64,000 nucleotides of DNA from NCBI RefSeq assembly GCF_964204645.1, contig NC_134029.1:3782001-3846000 (forward strand), given 5' to 3'. Every line of letters starts with the position of its first letter. The stretch's first letter is position 1. This document shows positions 1 to 11,778 of the stretch, one piece after another. Source of the stretch: Tubulanus polymorphus (taxonomy: Eukaryota; Animalia; Nemertea). The position numbers and the translations under genes were made by a program. The notes under the pieces were generated by a model that was not told the DNA's origin, did no database searches, and saw only the letters and a program-made list of their open reading frames with translations.

Positions 1-121
1 GCTGAGGCCAGCCAGGAGGGTTGTTGAAATTTAGGATTTTGGTCAAAAGGACATACCCTCTGCTAACACTTGTATTGGCAAATGATATGAATTTTCCATC
101 CAATTTGTTAATTTCTTTCAG

Positions 122-2265
122 AATGTATTTGGTCGATTCAACAATAATGAGAATAAAGACGTCCGTGCTGCTGGTAAAATGGTAACCAGAGCTCAGATAG
201 GCACACGAGCGGCCTTAGGTGCGCTCACAAACAAAGTCTCAAATCTTGCATTAAATGTAAGTAAAACATTGATTTTGTGGGAATTTTGCTGCAAATTCAT
301 GTTTTAGGTTTACCTGGTTTTATAAAAATTGGGAATTTCGCTCCGATTTCTAGGCGGGTCTGCCGAAGGAGGGTAAATTACAGAAAAGCAAAGGATTGAG
401 TGACCTGAAAGCGATAGATAAAGAAAATGCCGGGGCTGTCAGGATAAAGGTATGGAAAAAAGATTTGAATTTATAAACCAGTAAAGTTATATGAATATTT
501 CCTCAATTTTGGATGAATTTCGTTTCACAGAAGGAAGCAAAACGCGAAGTGAAGCAAGAAATTGCGCCGAAAAAAGAGACGAAAGAAATCGATTTGAAAA
601 AGTCTGTGAAACAAGAAGAACCACGTCATGAAGCGTTCTCCAGACAGATGCTCGGTCAGATCAATAATATCGATGCTAATGACAGAGGAAATCCACAACT
701 AGTCACTGAATATGTTAACGATATCTACCAATATATGAGGCATTTAGAGGTTTGTGTCATTTTATTAACTCGTGCTTATTTCAGTTATGCAAAAACAAAA
801 CAGATGTTTTTATGCAAAATATATCTTCTTGTTGACCTAAGTTGCTACTACTATGTTCCTCTGTATTATGTATGGGTTTTGATATTATATTTTCAGGATA
901 AATATGCGGTGAAACCTCGATATCTGGAAGGGAGCGAGATTAACGGCCGCATGAGAGCGATTCTTGTCGATTGGTTGGTTCAAGTTCACACGAGATTCAA
1001 TCTGTTGCAGGAGACTCTTTACCTCGCCGTTGCTATTCTAGATCGCTTCTTACAGGTAAAGAACTAAGAACAGCGGTACTGGTCAGTCGGAGACTGTCTA
1101 GGTTCGCAAAACAATCGTACAACTTAAGTCCAGACTGCATCGGACTATTGAAACAAGATTACTCTATCCAATTCGTGTTTTTATACGTTTACAGGTCAAT
1201 CCGGTGCCAAAAAGTAAATTGCAGTTGATCGGAGTTACGGCGATGTTGCTCGCTTCAAAGTACGAAGAAATGTACGCGCCAGAGGTCGGTGATTTCGAGT
1301 ATATCACCGATAACGCTTACACTAAATCCGAAATCAGAAAGGCTGAGGTTTTCATGTTGAAAGCTCTGGATTTCAATCTCGGAAAACCACTCGCGTTACA
1401 TTTCCTGCGTAGGAACTCGAAGGCTGGGGATGTAAGTTTTTTAAGACTAGTCGTGTCAATTAAATGCAGTGTCATTTACAAAACTTGTCCCTTTACTCAT
1501 TTCATTGTTCTCTCATTTTAGGTCGATGCCAATAAACACATGTTGGCTAAATACCTAATTGAACTGACCATAATCGACTACGAAATGGTGCACCACAAAC
1601 CATCGGAAATAGCAGCTGCCGCTCTGAATCTATCAATGAAAATTTACGACCTCCCTTGGGTATGTTCCTTCTACCTCGTAACATTTACTTAAGAGGAAAT
1701 GTTTCTGAAAATTTAAAAAGACGTTTCAAAATCGATTTAATTGCTACTTGAACACAGTTTACCTAAATCAACGATCTAGGGCTCGTTTTGAGTTCCTACT
1801 TGGCTCTCTAGGGAATTGTTAGTTATTTTGACTTGTATTTTGCAGGGCGATACTCTGACGCACTACAGCACGTACAGCGATGACTTCCTGAAACCAATCG
1901 TCTCAAAGATCGCTAATCTAGCAGTTAAAGCGCACCAAGGAAAACTGTTGGTAAGTTCATCATCCGTGTGGTGTCCACTGTTCAAGAGGACCATTTGCTC
2001 ATTAGTTGGTTAAGCATACTGGTGGACGAATAAACCTATCGAATCGTTAGTGTCACTTAGTCATCTATCCACCATTAAACTTAACCAACTTCAGAGCAAC
2101 TGGTCATATACCAAATCTGAACTGATCACACAATATTATCATTAATTTTTGTAGGCCGTGTACGACAAGTATTACAGTTCAAAATTCAACAAAGTCAGCG
2201 CGATAGCGATCACTAGATCATCGAAAGTGAACGACATCATAGCGCGTTGTTCATCATCGTCGTAG
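122..2265 (+). CDS. CCNB: G2/mitotic-specific cyclin B (B1/B2-type), 5'-partial; join(122..256,354..449,531..749,897..1055,1195..1431,1522..1659,1846..1950,2155..2265)
   Basis: Manual splicing at GT..AG sites gives a continuous 399-codon frame ending in TAG at 2263-2265. It contains the D-box RAALGALTN (206-232), [28 protein letters not shown], cyclin box [13 protein letters not shown]...[47 protein letters not shown] and LAKYLIEL. No start codon lies in the window; the acceptor ttcag at 117-121 implies a short upstream exon. Confidence 0.97.
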
Positions 2266-3285
2266 GAGACATACACAAAACAAAACGATCCGTAACAGAA
2301 CTAGACTGGACTTAGCGCGATTATCAATCGATATTTTACGTCACTGTGTGATAAACGTATATTCACTCGAGGTGTATCACTGTACTCCGCTGGCTGTTTA
2401 ACGGATATTTTAAACTACCCACTGATAGACTTTCTTCGACTTGTGTGAGCGCTGGAAGCACCGAGTGATCGTCGCATCAGATCAACTGGTCAACATTTGT
2501 TTTTCGAGCGTTAGTTCTTCAATTTTAGAATTGTGTCTAATTTTAAACATGCTCAATCATAGTTTTATTACCGATATTTTTATCATTAAGTGTTATCACA
2601 GACAAACATTTCTTTATTTCCATCCCGACAATTTGAGCAGCTGTCGTTGAATTTCTTTTTCATTCTCAATCTAGTAATTCTTAGTTTGAGGAATAATCAT
2701 AGAATGCAAATAACTGTCGCGATGCAGATTTTTTGGACAGGTCGGGGGGGGGGTGTTAAATGATGTTTTTGGTATGAATTGTTTGTTAAGGGTAACTGCC
2801 GTGTATGATATATATTTTTTCGATGTGTTTCGGCGACAGAGGTCTTAAAGCCTCTCTGGTGATGATGCGGTATTTTATTCTAATTACGTGCCTCGATTTT
2901 CAAGGTTATTACACCATTATTAATTGCAAATCCTCGCTTAAGGGCGAGAAAATTTAATAACCCGATTTAATTCCTTTCTGCTGTACGCGATGCAGATTTT
3001 TTTTTTTGGATTGAAAAATTTGTTAATTCGGTATAATTTTGGTCATAGCATGTAGCGACTATCAATTTCTATTTTTTGGCAATTCGGGTAAATTCTAGGC
3101 ACAAAACTTGATATCTATAACCGTTGTTTTTAAGACCATATACTCCATTAATGTTGCACACATATTTAAACAACTGTATTTTTAAAATCAATTTGTCTCT
3201 CAATTGTAAATATTCATTTTCATGTTATTAATCTTACGTATGTATGTAATATATTAAGAATAAAGATGTATATATTATAAAAATA
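2266..3285 (+). promoter_or_regulatory. Cyclin B 3' UTR with polyadenylation hexamer, Pumilio elements and CPE-like U-rich motifs
   Basis: AATAAA at 3259-3264 followed by a GT/T-rich tract (~3290-3320). TGTAAATA 3205-3212 and TGTATATA 3267-3274 both match the PBE consensus UGUAHAUA. TTTTCAT at 3217-3223 and TTTTAT at 2873-2878 are CPE-like. The cleavage site is inferred. Confidence 0.65.
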
Positions 3286-3479
3286 CGTGAGTCTTGTTGG
3301 ATATTTTTGGTTTGGTAATGGTGGAGCTATGAGAAGCGGTTTTTGGACCCCAGCTAATTGAGTTTTTGTTGGTTAACTTGCTGTGAACTCTTCTTCTTGA
3401 TCGGGGTCAATTTTCGACCTGATGGTTGATCTCTGACCATTTCAGATCTCGGATCGGATGCGCTCCTCTAAAGTGATGC

Positions 3480-3560
3480 TCACTGTAAGGTGCTGCCATC
3501 TCGGCTCCAGCATTCAATATGGCTGCGCCCATGTAGCAATATAACTTCAGTTTCCGTGGC
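3480..3560. promoter_or_regulatory. Promoter-like segment with two YY1-type motifs
   Basis: gctgccatct (3492-3501; reverse AGATGGCAGC) and caatatggctgc (3515-3526) resemble the YY1 AANATGGCNGC motif. They lie just upstream of a CpG-free tract. Confidence 0.4.
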
Positions 3561-6500
3561 CAATTTGAAAACGATAGCAAGCCAGTTCGAAGTAATTATT
3601 GTAGATTATTCTTCTGCTGAATCCCCTTCCCTTTAAAAAATGTACGATAAAATTCACCCGTCTCGACTAGGCCAACCTGGGATTATATACATCATTTTCT
3701 CTCTTTATTTATCGGTTTATCGTCTGCTGAGAAATGAATCGTGGTCTTGTGCTGACAATATCTTCAGGGCAAATTGAAATTTAAAAGATAAGGGAATTCC
3801 AACAGTGTGGTGGACACCAGAGTAATGTGGTACTGGTCTATCTAGCTTAGTATTATTGGCCTAGCTACACTGGTCAATTCTAGTATGGCCTAATGGCTAA
3901 AGCCTATATTCTTTTCTCAATGTTTAAACAAAGTTGTAAACTTGTACCCTTGTTTTTATAAGCCTTGTCTGGAGTAAAGTTTTGGTATGGCAGAGAGAAA
4001 CAAATTATTTTTTATTGTAGGCCTATCTACATTTAATGATTGAGGCCTCAAGTCTTGCTTTGGTAGATTTGCTGTAGTGTACTCAATAGCACTGTGGAAC
4101 TTATCTACATTGCTGTATCAGACCTAAAACTACTGATCCAACAAAAAGAACTAGTCAAGTGTAGCCTACATAGGACTTCAGTTTAATGGCATAAAACCTG
4201 GTTAAGACACTTCAGTGCTTAACACGGTAGTTGTTAGGTAAGGGTTACCTGGGTACAGCACATTGCGAGAATTGCAATATTTGGTTACTGTGGTATTTTC
4301 AGTGGATGAATTAAGAGCCATATCTGAGCGGAAAATGGTTGAAATTAGGAAATTATTTAGAAAATCATATTGATCGCCTCTTTCTTAAGTGAAGCCGTCA
4401 TTTTTCTAGTGGAAATGAACATTTGTGTGAATTTTAACTGCGTCTTGATGTTATGATATGAACTTTTCAATTTTCCATGAAAATCGATGAATTGATTTTC
4501 CTGACCTGATTTAAGAAATGAAATTTTGATTTTACCAAAGATTTGCAAAGTAAATGACTGCTGGTACCGTCTGTAATACACTGGTATTGTTTGTAATACC
4601 TGAGTGGTCTGTATATGTACCAGGTATTACCCAACAGGTAACTGACTGAAATGCTATTTTATAGATTTTGCTGTTAGCTACATACATCCAATATGGAGGA
4701 TTTGAAAAGAAGACTTGAATTCCGGAATGGAGGTGTACAGTTACAGGTTAGTCAGTACATGTATATTATGTTCAAAGCATGTACATTTTTATTTTGTTAG
4801 GTATTATTATATTGATTTTGCCTGTAAAACCGTGCGCAAACCTCATCAGGTAGAATCATTATTTAACATTCTGTTCATTTTTAGCCTTATCAATGTAAGA
4901 TCAGACATCACCTGTTTAGGTTTTATCTATACAATGAGACGAATAGTACTTAAGTTATCATCTAGTTAAACAGATGTTCTGCATTGCCTTGTTACAATAC
5001 AATATTCGGATAAGACTACAATTCAAGAGTAGTTTCTATTATTTTCAAGAGCACAACTGCAACTAAAGATAACAAATACTCTTAAGAATCGCAATAACTT
5101 TGTGTTCATTTTCAATCTTATTTTCTATATTTTTGTGTCAAATTATAGTTTTTTTGTGAAAACTATGCTACAATTGCTGATATCAGGTGATCTGGTATGT
5201 GAAATAACCAGTCGTATCGAATAATTTCCTTTATTTAAATCGTTCAATAAGATTTTAACCTTTTTAAATTCTTCTTGTAAATGAAAATCTGTTCCGTACT
5301 GCGGCAGCCACATCTTCACCTGAGCTGCAACGTTTTCTTCTGAGCTCCTCAACATTTGTGGTACAGATTGATGTGGAAAATTGTGATGTCCGCTTTAAAA
5401 TTGTAAAAAATTGGGGAACAATTTGAAAAATATCATGAAAATGTGTTCGTCAAAGTATTTTGATCCCCTTCTTATTCCATGTACAGTGAAGCTCAGACAG
5501 CTGTGTTAAAGTAAGGAAATTATATTGTAATCTGTCCAAATTGTTAACAGTATCTGCTATATACATGTAATTGTATGCTTATTAGGAAAAATTATGAAAA
5601 ATCCTGGTAGTTTGTTGTGTAATGTAAAAGTTCCACAGTTCATCAATCTAACCCCTGCAACAGGCACAAAACGTGTTCCGCTGAGCTGACCTTGAAAATG
5701 TCTTCCTAAGTATCTGCTGGATAGTCTCTGTTCATCCATCAGAGAATCTCTGTCCGTCATTTATCGAACCGGTCTAAAGTAGGCATCAATAGCTGCCTTA
5801 AATTATCGCTAATTTCCGTGGACTGGCTGTCGGGTCGGGGTTAAGTTAATTACTAACTTTTTCCGCGGCTGAAGTACGGACCTAAAAAGCTCGAAAGACG
5901 TATACATGCTTCTATATCTGATTATCGCGGTGTAATGTTAAGATTAATTTCTCGAGGGACTCTTGATGTGTATGTCGATGTTGTTGATCTAATTTATTCC
6001 GATATACGGTTACTCAAGGAAATGAGGTGAGCTGGAACTGTTTCCGAGACGGACAATTGGTAAACCTGCCGACCTTATTTTATCGTATTACCCGTAGTTA
6101 GCTCATTACAGGGCGATGGGATTGTCGCTTATAAAAATACAGAAAGCGTTTTATTTTGTTGGCGGAGGTGTGGTTTTCATTTCGTTTGAAAATTTAAACT
6201 GACTGTGCTGCTGTATTCACTTTCATTGTTGCTATTTGATATATTAATGGCTTTTAGAATATTTCCCTCGGAATCTATTGTCTCTTGTCGGGTGCTGCTG
6301 TGTGGAACCATGTGTGTGATAGCTCCCAAAATATTTTTTCAAAATACTGCGAAGATGCTTCCCCGGGATGTGTAATTTAACACGCCAAAAAAGCATTTCT
6401 GAGAAATATTGCTATTATGTTAACATGTTCAGTTGAAAACGCTTTAGAAAATTTTGCTTCGCTGGAATAAGAACTGAACGAAAAAAAAAATAACCAAAAC

Positions 6501-6834
6501 AATTCAGTTACTGCAAAACATCTGAAATTTATTTATTTATTTTCTGTTTAGTTTTTGATACAGTAGATTTCAATTGATTAATTCCAGTAATAACAAACCT
6601 AAATATCAAATCCACCAGTATTTAAAAAATACATTATTACATATTTACGTTATGATATGATAGTTACATTATTAGCTTTTAGTGAATTATGAAATACCTA
6701 CATTTTATGGCAAGTTCTATTAAAGTCATGGGTACGTATTACTGGTATGTATGAGTGTTAACTGACTTAACAGTGAAATGAGTTGGTTTAAACTGGACTT
6801 AGATCTGTATCCAAATGGGTTCAAACTGGATCCG

Positions 6835-6906
6835 GGGACCGTTTCACGGCTGGCTTAAAGTTCCACAAGTATTAGGTTATTTTGAAGTCATCCCGTGAAA
6901 CCGCCC
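6835..6906. mobile_element. Short degenerate MITE (Harbinger-like ends)
   Basis: Imperfect terminal inverted repeats gggaccgtttcacgg / ccgtgaaaccgccc, flanked by ccg / ctg. Confidence 0.55.
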
Positions 6907-9900
6907 CTGGTCTACAAAATCGTTTATCCCCGAAAGGAAATCAACGTTCACTGCATGATCTGTCGGTGTTTAGAAAACAATTGCAGATTGAAAAAATAAT
7001 CTTTTTGAAAAGAAGATTGCACCACGCAGTTACTGACGAAAATACAGCATTGAAATGAAAATTACGAAGTAGTGTATATAGAGAACATATTTTTGATTTT
7101 AACAGAAAATCTCAGAAAAATTTTTTGCTTTCGGTTGTGAAACCGCGGTGAACTTCGATGACGGAAATACTACATTTTCATACGATTTACGTGACGTTTA
7201 AATTAGATTGAAATTGCTTCCAGTGACTTGAACACTTCATAACATCGTGTACATCGGTGAACAACGCTTAACCCTTGCACAATCATTGACAGCATCATTT
7301 CGTTTATATCTATTTACAGATTGTTTCAAATAATTACATTATCATAGTTATTAGTATTTTGTATTAATATTAGCCGCCTTGAAGAGCAACCTAGTAATTC
7401 ATCCACTGAAAAACAAGAACGTCTACAATAAATCGCGCGTTTTGCCCTAATTCATATTTTGCTGAATTTCGTGAGAAAGCATGCGATTACGAAGTCGGGG
7501 GTTACGGACTCGCAAATTGACCATTGCAGTTGAAAATGTTTCAATAAATCGGGATTGAAATCTATTCAGGAAAAATTACCTCAAATAACTGTTAATCGAT
7601 TGATGAACTAAGATAATTAGTTTATTCATCGACGTTTCCTCGTTTTCGAACAACTTGATTGAAAGTTTACGTTATAGAAAATCGAAAGAGTTCATTCTAT
7701 TCCGATATGCAGTTGGCACCGGAGGAAAAAATATTAGCTATGAGTGAAAGGTTTATTTATTCACAGCTACTCGGGGGGCTGTAACGCGCTGGATGTAGCA
7801 TGCTGCAAATGTCACCAGTGACTGATGACGCAGTAACAAAACAACAGAAGATAACATAAAACACCGGATCTCATTCGTCGTTCGGGCTGTTGTGATAGAT
7901 GTCGATTCTATCCTATAAGTAATCACCCTGTCTATACTTTCACCTGTATTAAATCCATCACAGCTCGATGCCGTCGTTTGAGGAGGTTTTCTACGAGACG
8001 ATATTAGAATTTTTCAAATCATAAGATTGAAAACTGATCCAGATTTTTTGGCGATGAATTTAAATAGGATTTTGACTTGTTTTGTCAGCGATTTTTGATG
8101 TAGTTATTTTCTAAATGTCATCAGATCAAAAATGTAGCTTTCATTAAAAACTGGCTGGTTGATTTCCGTCTTAGTGCACGATGTAGGCCAATGTTTCAAC
8201 TTTGCGACAACAAAATCATTAGACGGTTATAAAACGAATGATAACCAAGCCAAGTAATGATAATCAAGTCTTGTATCTTTTAAAAAGTATCGTGTAATGA
8301 TTTGAAGTTATAAGTGTAGCTGTTCACATCTCATAAACGAAACATGACTTCAACGTCGAAGTAGCCATATTTAGATGTTACGTATGTTACGGGATGCGTC
8401 ATAATGTAGATCATTCGACCAGTATCCTTAAAATAGAAGTCATGGTTTTGCTTCGTTCGCTACGCCGGAAGCCAACAAATACATTCGTATATGATAATCG
8501 ACAACCGATCATAGAGCGAGTTAGTGACCAGAGATTTTCAAACGAGATTTCCTCTTTTTCAATTTTCAGAACTAGTGGAATTAGTGTACGACCAATACGC
8601 TGAACTCGTGCCCCCTTGCTGCGTTTGAGATTTTCTCAGGAACTGATAAAATGGCAGTTTTAAAGGGTTATAGTTCTGATGATTTCTCCAGTATTTCAAA
8701 GGAATGCGCTATTATATGAAGCGAAGGGTGTTAATTGAACCGGTGTAAGATGAAGCAAAACGACAGATGTTATTAGAGCGATCACGATCTGATCTGTAAT
8801 TATAGGTGGATATCACGTCAAAACTCATATTTCTACCTCCCATATTTTATACTGATCTTGTTGTTACAAGCTGAGTGTCTATTCGCGCACGGGATTGAAG
8901 TTTGACAGCCGTAATTCGTAATCTAATTTCCGTAATTGGCCGAGAAATAATCAGATTATCGCCGTAGAGTTGTTTGTCAATTGGATAGATTATTTTGTTT
9001 TCTCAACTTTCTCGCGACGAGGGATCGTTTTTCTATTCGCCATATATAACACCCCTTTATAGACGCGTATCTAGATGTGTATAGCCACTAATCTAACTAA
9101 TGACCTTCACTCCATAGCTTGGCTAATGCCGTGGTCTAAAAATTCGTAATTAGCGACCAGTTTACTGGAGGATATAATGAATTGAGGGTATTTTGACTCA
9201 CAGTTCTCTGTCCTCTTAGGGTATAGGTAACAAACGAAATGGCAGATTTCTTAAGACGTGTGGGTGGGGTTAACGATCTCTTCGAGAATATTTTTTATGA
9301 ATTACGCGTCAAACCGCAGAAACCGAGTTTTTTTCCGGAGAAGGGTGGAGGTTCAGTTAGTAGCAAAGCTCCAATAAAAAGATTTCATGGTATTGGAATA
9401 AGGTCCTTGGATGTTTTAAATATGATATGACGGGTAACCCTAAAACATTTTTTGATGCCCTTCAATCAGTTCCTTCCGATAAAAGTCTCTAAAGTAAAGA
9501 GTTAAGCGACACTCTTCGACCTTCGACAAAATGTGCTTACAACAGTTTAGATTCGAGAACCTAAAACCATCCTTAATTTCGTTGAAGAATCTACTGTCTG
9601 CCATCAAAAGAAGTCTGGAAACCACGCTGGTTTTCGTTTAAATCGCTGAATATAAACTGCAGATCTCGAAGGAAATGATGTTTGTTTGTACTGACAACGT
9701 TCAGTCGGAAGGAACGGCTGACGGATTGTCAAAACATCGGAACAGGTTCAAATGACAGACCTATCAAAGATAATGCAAACTGATTTACAAGATCGATATC
9801 GCTGCAATATTTCTACCGAGAGAAAAATGTTTTAAGATTTCCAATCGATCATCGCTAAATGACAAAAATCATTGAAATATTTCTATTATTTCTCACGAAA

Positions 9901-10239
9901 TGTAAAGTGATGGGGAGAAGAAATAGTAGAATGAATTCAAAATTATCTCTGATCAATGTTTTGACCTTGTCCGGATTAAGGCCGACGCACATGACGCAGG
10001 GAAACACGGGTAAAGGAGAAACATCTTTCCGAAAGTTTCCCTTCGCGTGTGCGATGGAAACAAGAAGCTTCTGTTCCCTGTTTCCGCATTTCCCTGCGTC
10101 GCGTTCGTCTGGTTTAACCGACCTCTCACTACCGATGGCACATTCAAGTATCATCTTTCAGTGGCTTTCATTCTAATTGGTTTGTATATAATAAAGAGCT
10201 ACGTCGTTTGCATTAACAGCCGGATTATATAATAATATC

Positions 10240-11778
10240 CTATACGATTGTACCGTTTTTGAATTTACTTAAATCGACTTTATAAACGCAAAATGATTCG
10301 CTAGTAGGTATGAGTTGTCTGAGAACAGTCTCTTGAGAGTCGTTGTCACCGTCCGGTTCGTCGGGCGACGGCTGATGAAGATCGCTGAGTTCGAACTCCT
10401 CGATGATCGGTTTCGAACTGTCGATGATGAAATCATCCTCGTCGTCGTTGTTGTGATTTTGATGATTATCAGTAATTTTTAGCGAAATGCAGTTCGTGTT
10501 CGTGATAGTCGGCGAGAGAAGCGACGAGTCTTTCGACAGCGTCGATGATCTGGTCGTCGTGCCGGACGAGTTCCGATGGTTCATGACTGTTGTATCACAA
10601 TGTTGCGGCGACCGGGCGTGGTTGGGAATGCGCGTGTACTGATTGTTGCCGGAGTTGCGCTGGTGTTGCAGGTGTTGCGGTAGAACGGCTTGCGTGGCGT
10701 TGCCCTGCGCCGTGTTCGACAAATGGCTGAAACTGTGCTGGCGTCGCAGCGTTTCGGGCACGACGCACCAGCAGACCATACGCACGAATGTCCGGCGAAA
10801 CTTCTGACCGAAGGCACAATACAGTAGGAAATTAATCGTGCTGTTCACGACGACGAGAAAGTTACGGAAATTCGATAACACCTGGAAGCTGTACGATAGG
10901 GTGATGTTGCGGTCAATAGCGTACGCTACGTTATAAACTAAAGCCGGCACTTGACAAATGATGAAGACGACAACGACAGAGACGAGCATAATCGTCACAT
11001 TATTCTCGCGAGACTGACGCACGTTCATATCGGCGCGTTGATGCGACGACTCGCGAACTGCGCGAATCAAGAATATGTTCACTACGGATAAAACACATAA
11101 CGGTATGATACACATGATCGGCAGGTATATCATATAATACGTATTCGTGAATATGGGATTGTTGCCGAAGTTCGTGCGCTCCGGCTGCCATTTCGGCGTC
11201 AACTTGTACTCGAACCAGCGCGGTAAATTATACAAAACAGAACTCAACGAAACTCCGAATATGACGATGCGGGCGCGGCGTATCGTACACATCGACGCCG
11301 CGCGTAACGGGTGGCAAACGGCGATGAATCTCTCGACCGTGAACGATACCGTTATCCAGATGGTCGCCGTTTGCGCCGTCAACGCGGTCGGGTATGCCAC
11401 TTGGACGGTACATATTAATATTGGCACGAAGTTCACCAAATAGATCAGAAACAGCGACGTCAATATTACAATCGAGTCCCAGATGGCGAGGGACGTTAGA
11501 TAGCTATTCGTCGACGAGCGCATCGTTTTATTCGTTAGAACGATTATCGTCAGAATATTACCGATTAATCCTAGAGGTCCGACGATCAGGCCGGCGATAG
11601 CGAACGCGTCTACGATTCCCTGTAAGTGTCCGGGCGGTGAAGCCGGCGGCGCTAACACCTCCCTCGTGCCGTTACCGGTTACCTCGATATCGACATTGTA
11701 CGGTTGTTGTTGCAATTGATCGCGCAATGTATAATTGTCGTTCGCGATGAAGTATGAAAAACTTTCGTTGATAACCAT
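10240..11778 (-). CDS. FMRFamide receptor-like rhodopsin-family (class A) neuropeptide GPCR, 512 aa, single coding exon
   Basis: Seven hydrophobic segments with family motifs GNILTIIVL (TM1), SSTNSYLTSLAIWD (TM2), YPTALTAQT...TVERFIAVCHPL (TM3), YNLPRWFEY (TM4), VVVVFIICQVP (TM6) and NSTINFLLYCAFGQKFR (TM7/H8). N-terminal sequons NES, NYT, NGT; long Ser/Thr-rich C-tail. The ligand cannot be determined from sequence. Confidence 0.95.
   Translation of the reverse strand: MVINESFSYFIANDNYTLRDQLQQQPYNVDIEVTGNGTREVLAPPASPPGHLQGIVDAFAIAGLIVGPLGLIGNILTIIVLTNKTMRSSTNSYLTSLAIWDSIVILTSLFLIYLVNFVPILICTVQVAYPTALTAQTATIWITVSFTVERFIAVCHPLRAASMCTIRRARIVIFGVSLSSVLYNLPRWFEYKLTPKWQPERTNFGNNPIFTNTYYMIYLPIMCIIPLCVLSVVNIFLIRAVRESSHQRADMNVRQSRENNVTIMLVSVVVVFIICQVPALVYNVAYAIDRNITLSYSFQVLSNFRNFLVVVNSTINFLLYCAFGQKFRRTFVRMVCWCVVPETLRRQHSFSHLSNTAQGNATQAVLPQHLQHQRNSGNNQYTRIPNHARSPQHCDTTVMNHRNSSGTTTRSSTLSKDSSLLSPTITNTNCISLKITDNHQNHNNDDEDDFIIDSSKPIIEEFELSDLHQPSPDEPDGDNDSQETVLRQLIPTSESFCVYKVDLSKFKNGTIV

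Noticed and set aside
513-2013. Track ORFs 513-1067, 971-1228, 1204-1521 and 1816-2013 as separate genes
   Set aside because: They are cyclin B exons with intron read-through or alternate frames.
4035-4112. SECIS-like or H/ACA-like hairpin
   Set aside because: The SECIS stem would be mostly G-U pairs with wrong spacing, and there is no well-placed H box or 5' hairpin.
4845-4912. Minus-strand C/D box snoRNA (GTGATGT...CTGA)
   Set aside because: Non-canonical C box, no terminal stem and no convincing rRNA-complementary guide.
10581-11600. Short ORFs overlapping the GPCR on both strands
   Set aside because: Shadow frames of a GC-rich coding region with no recognisable motifs.
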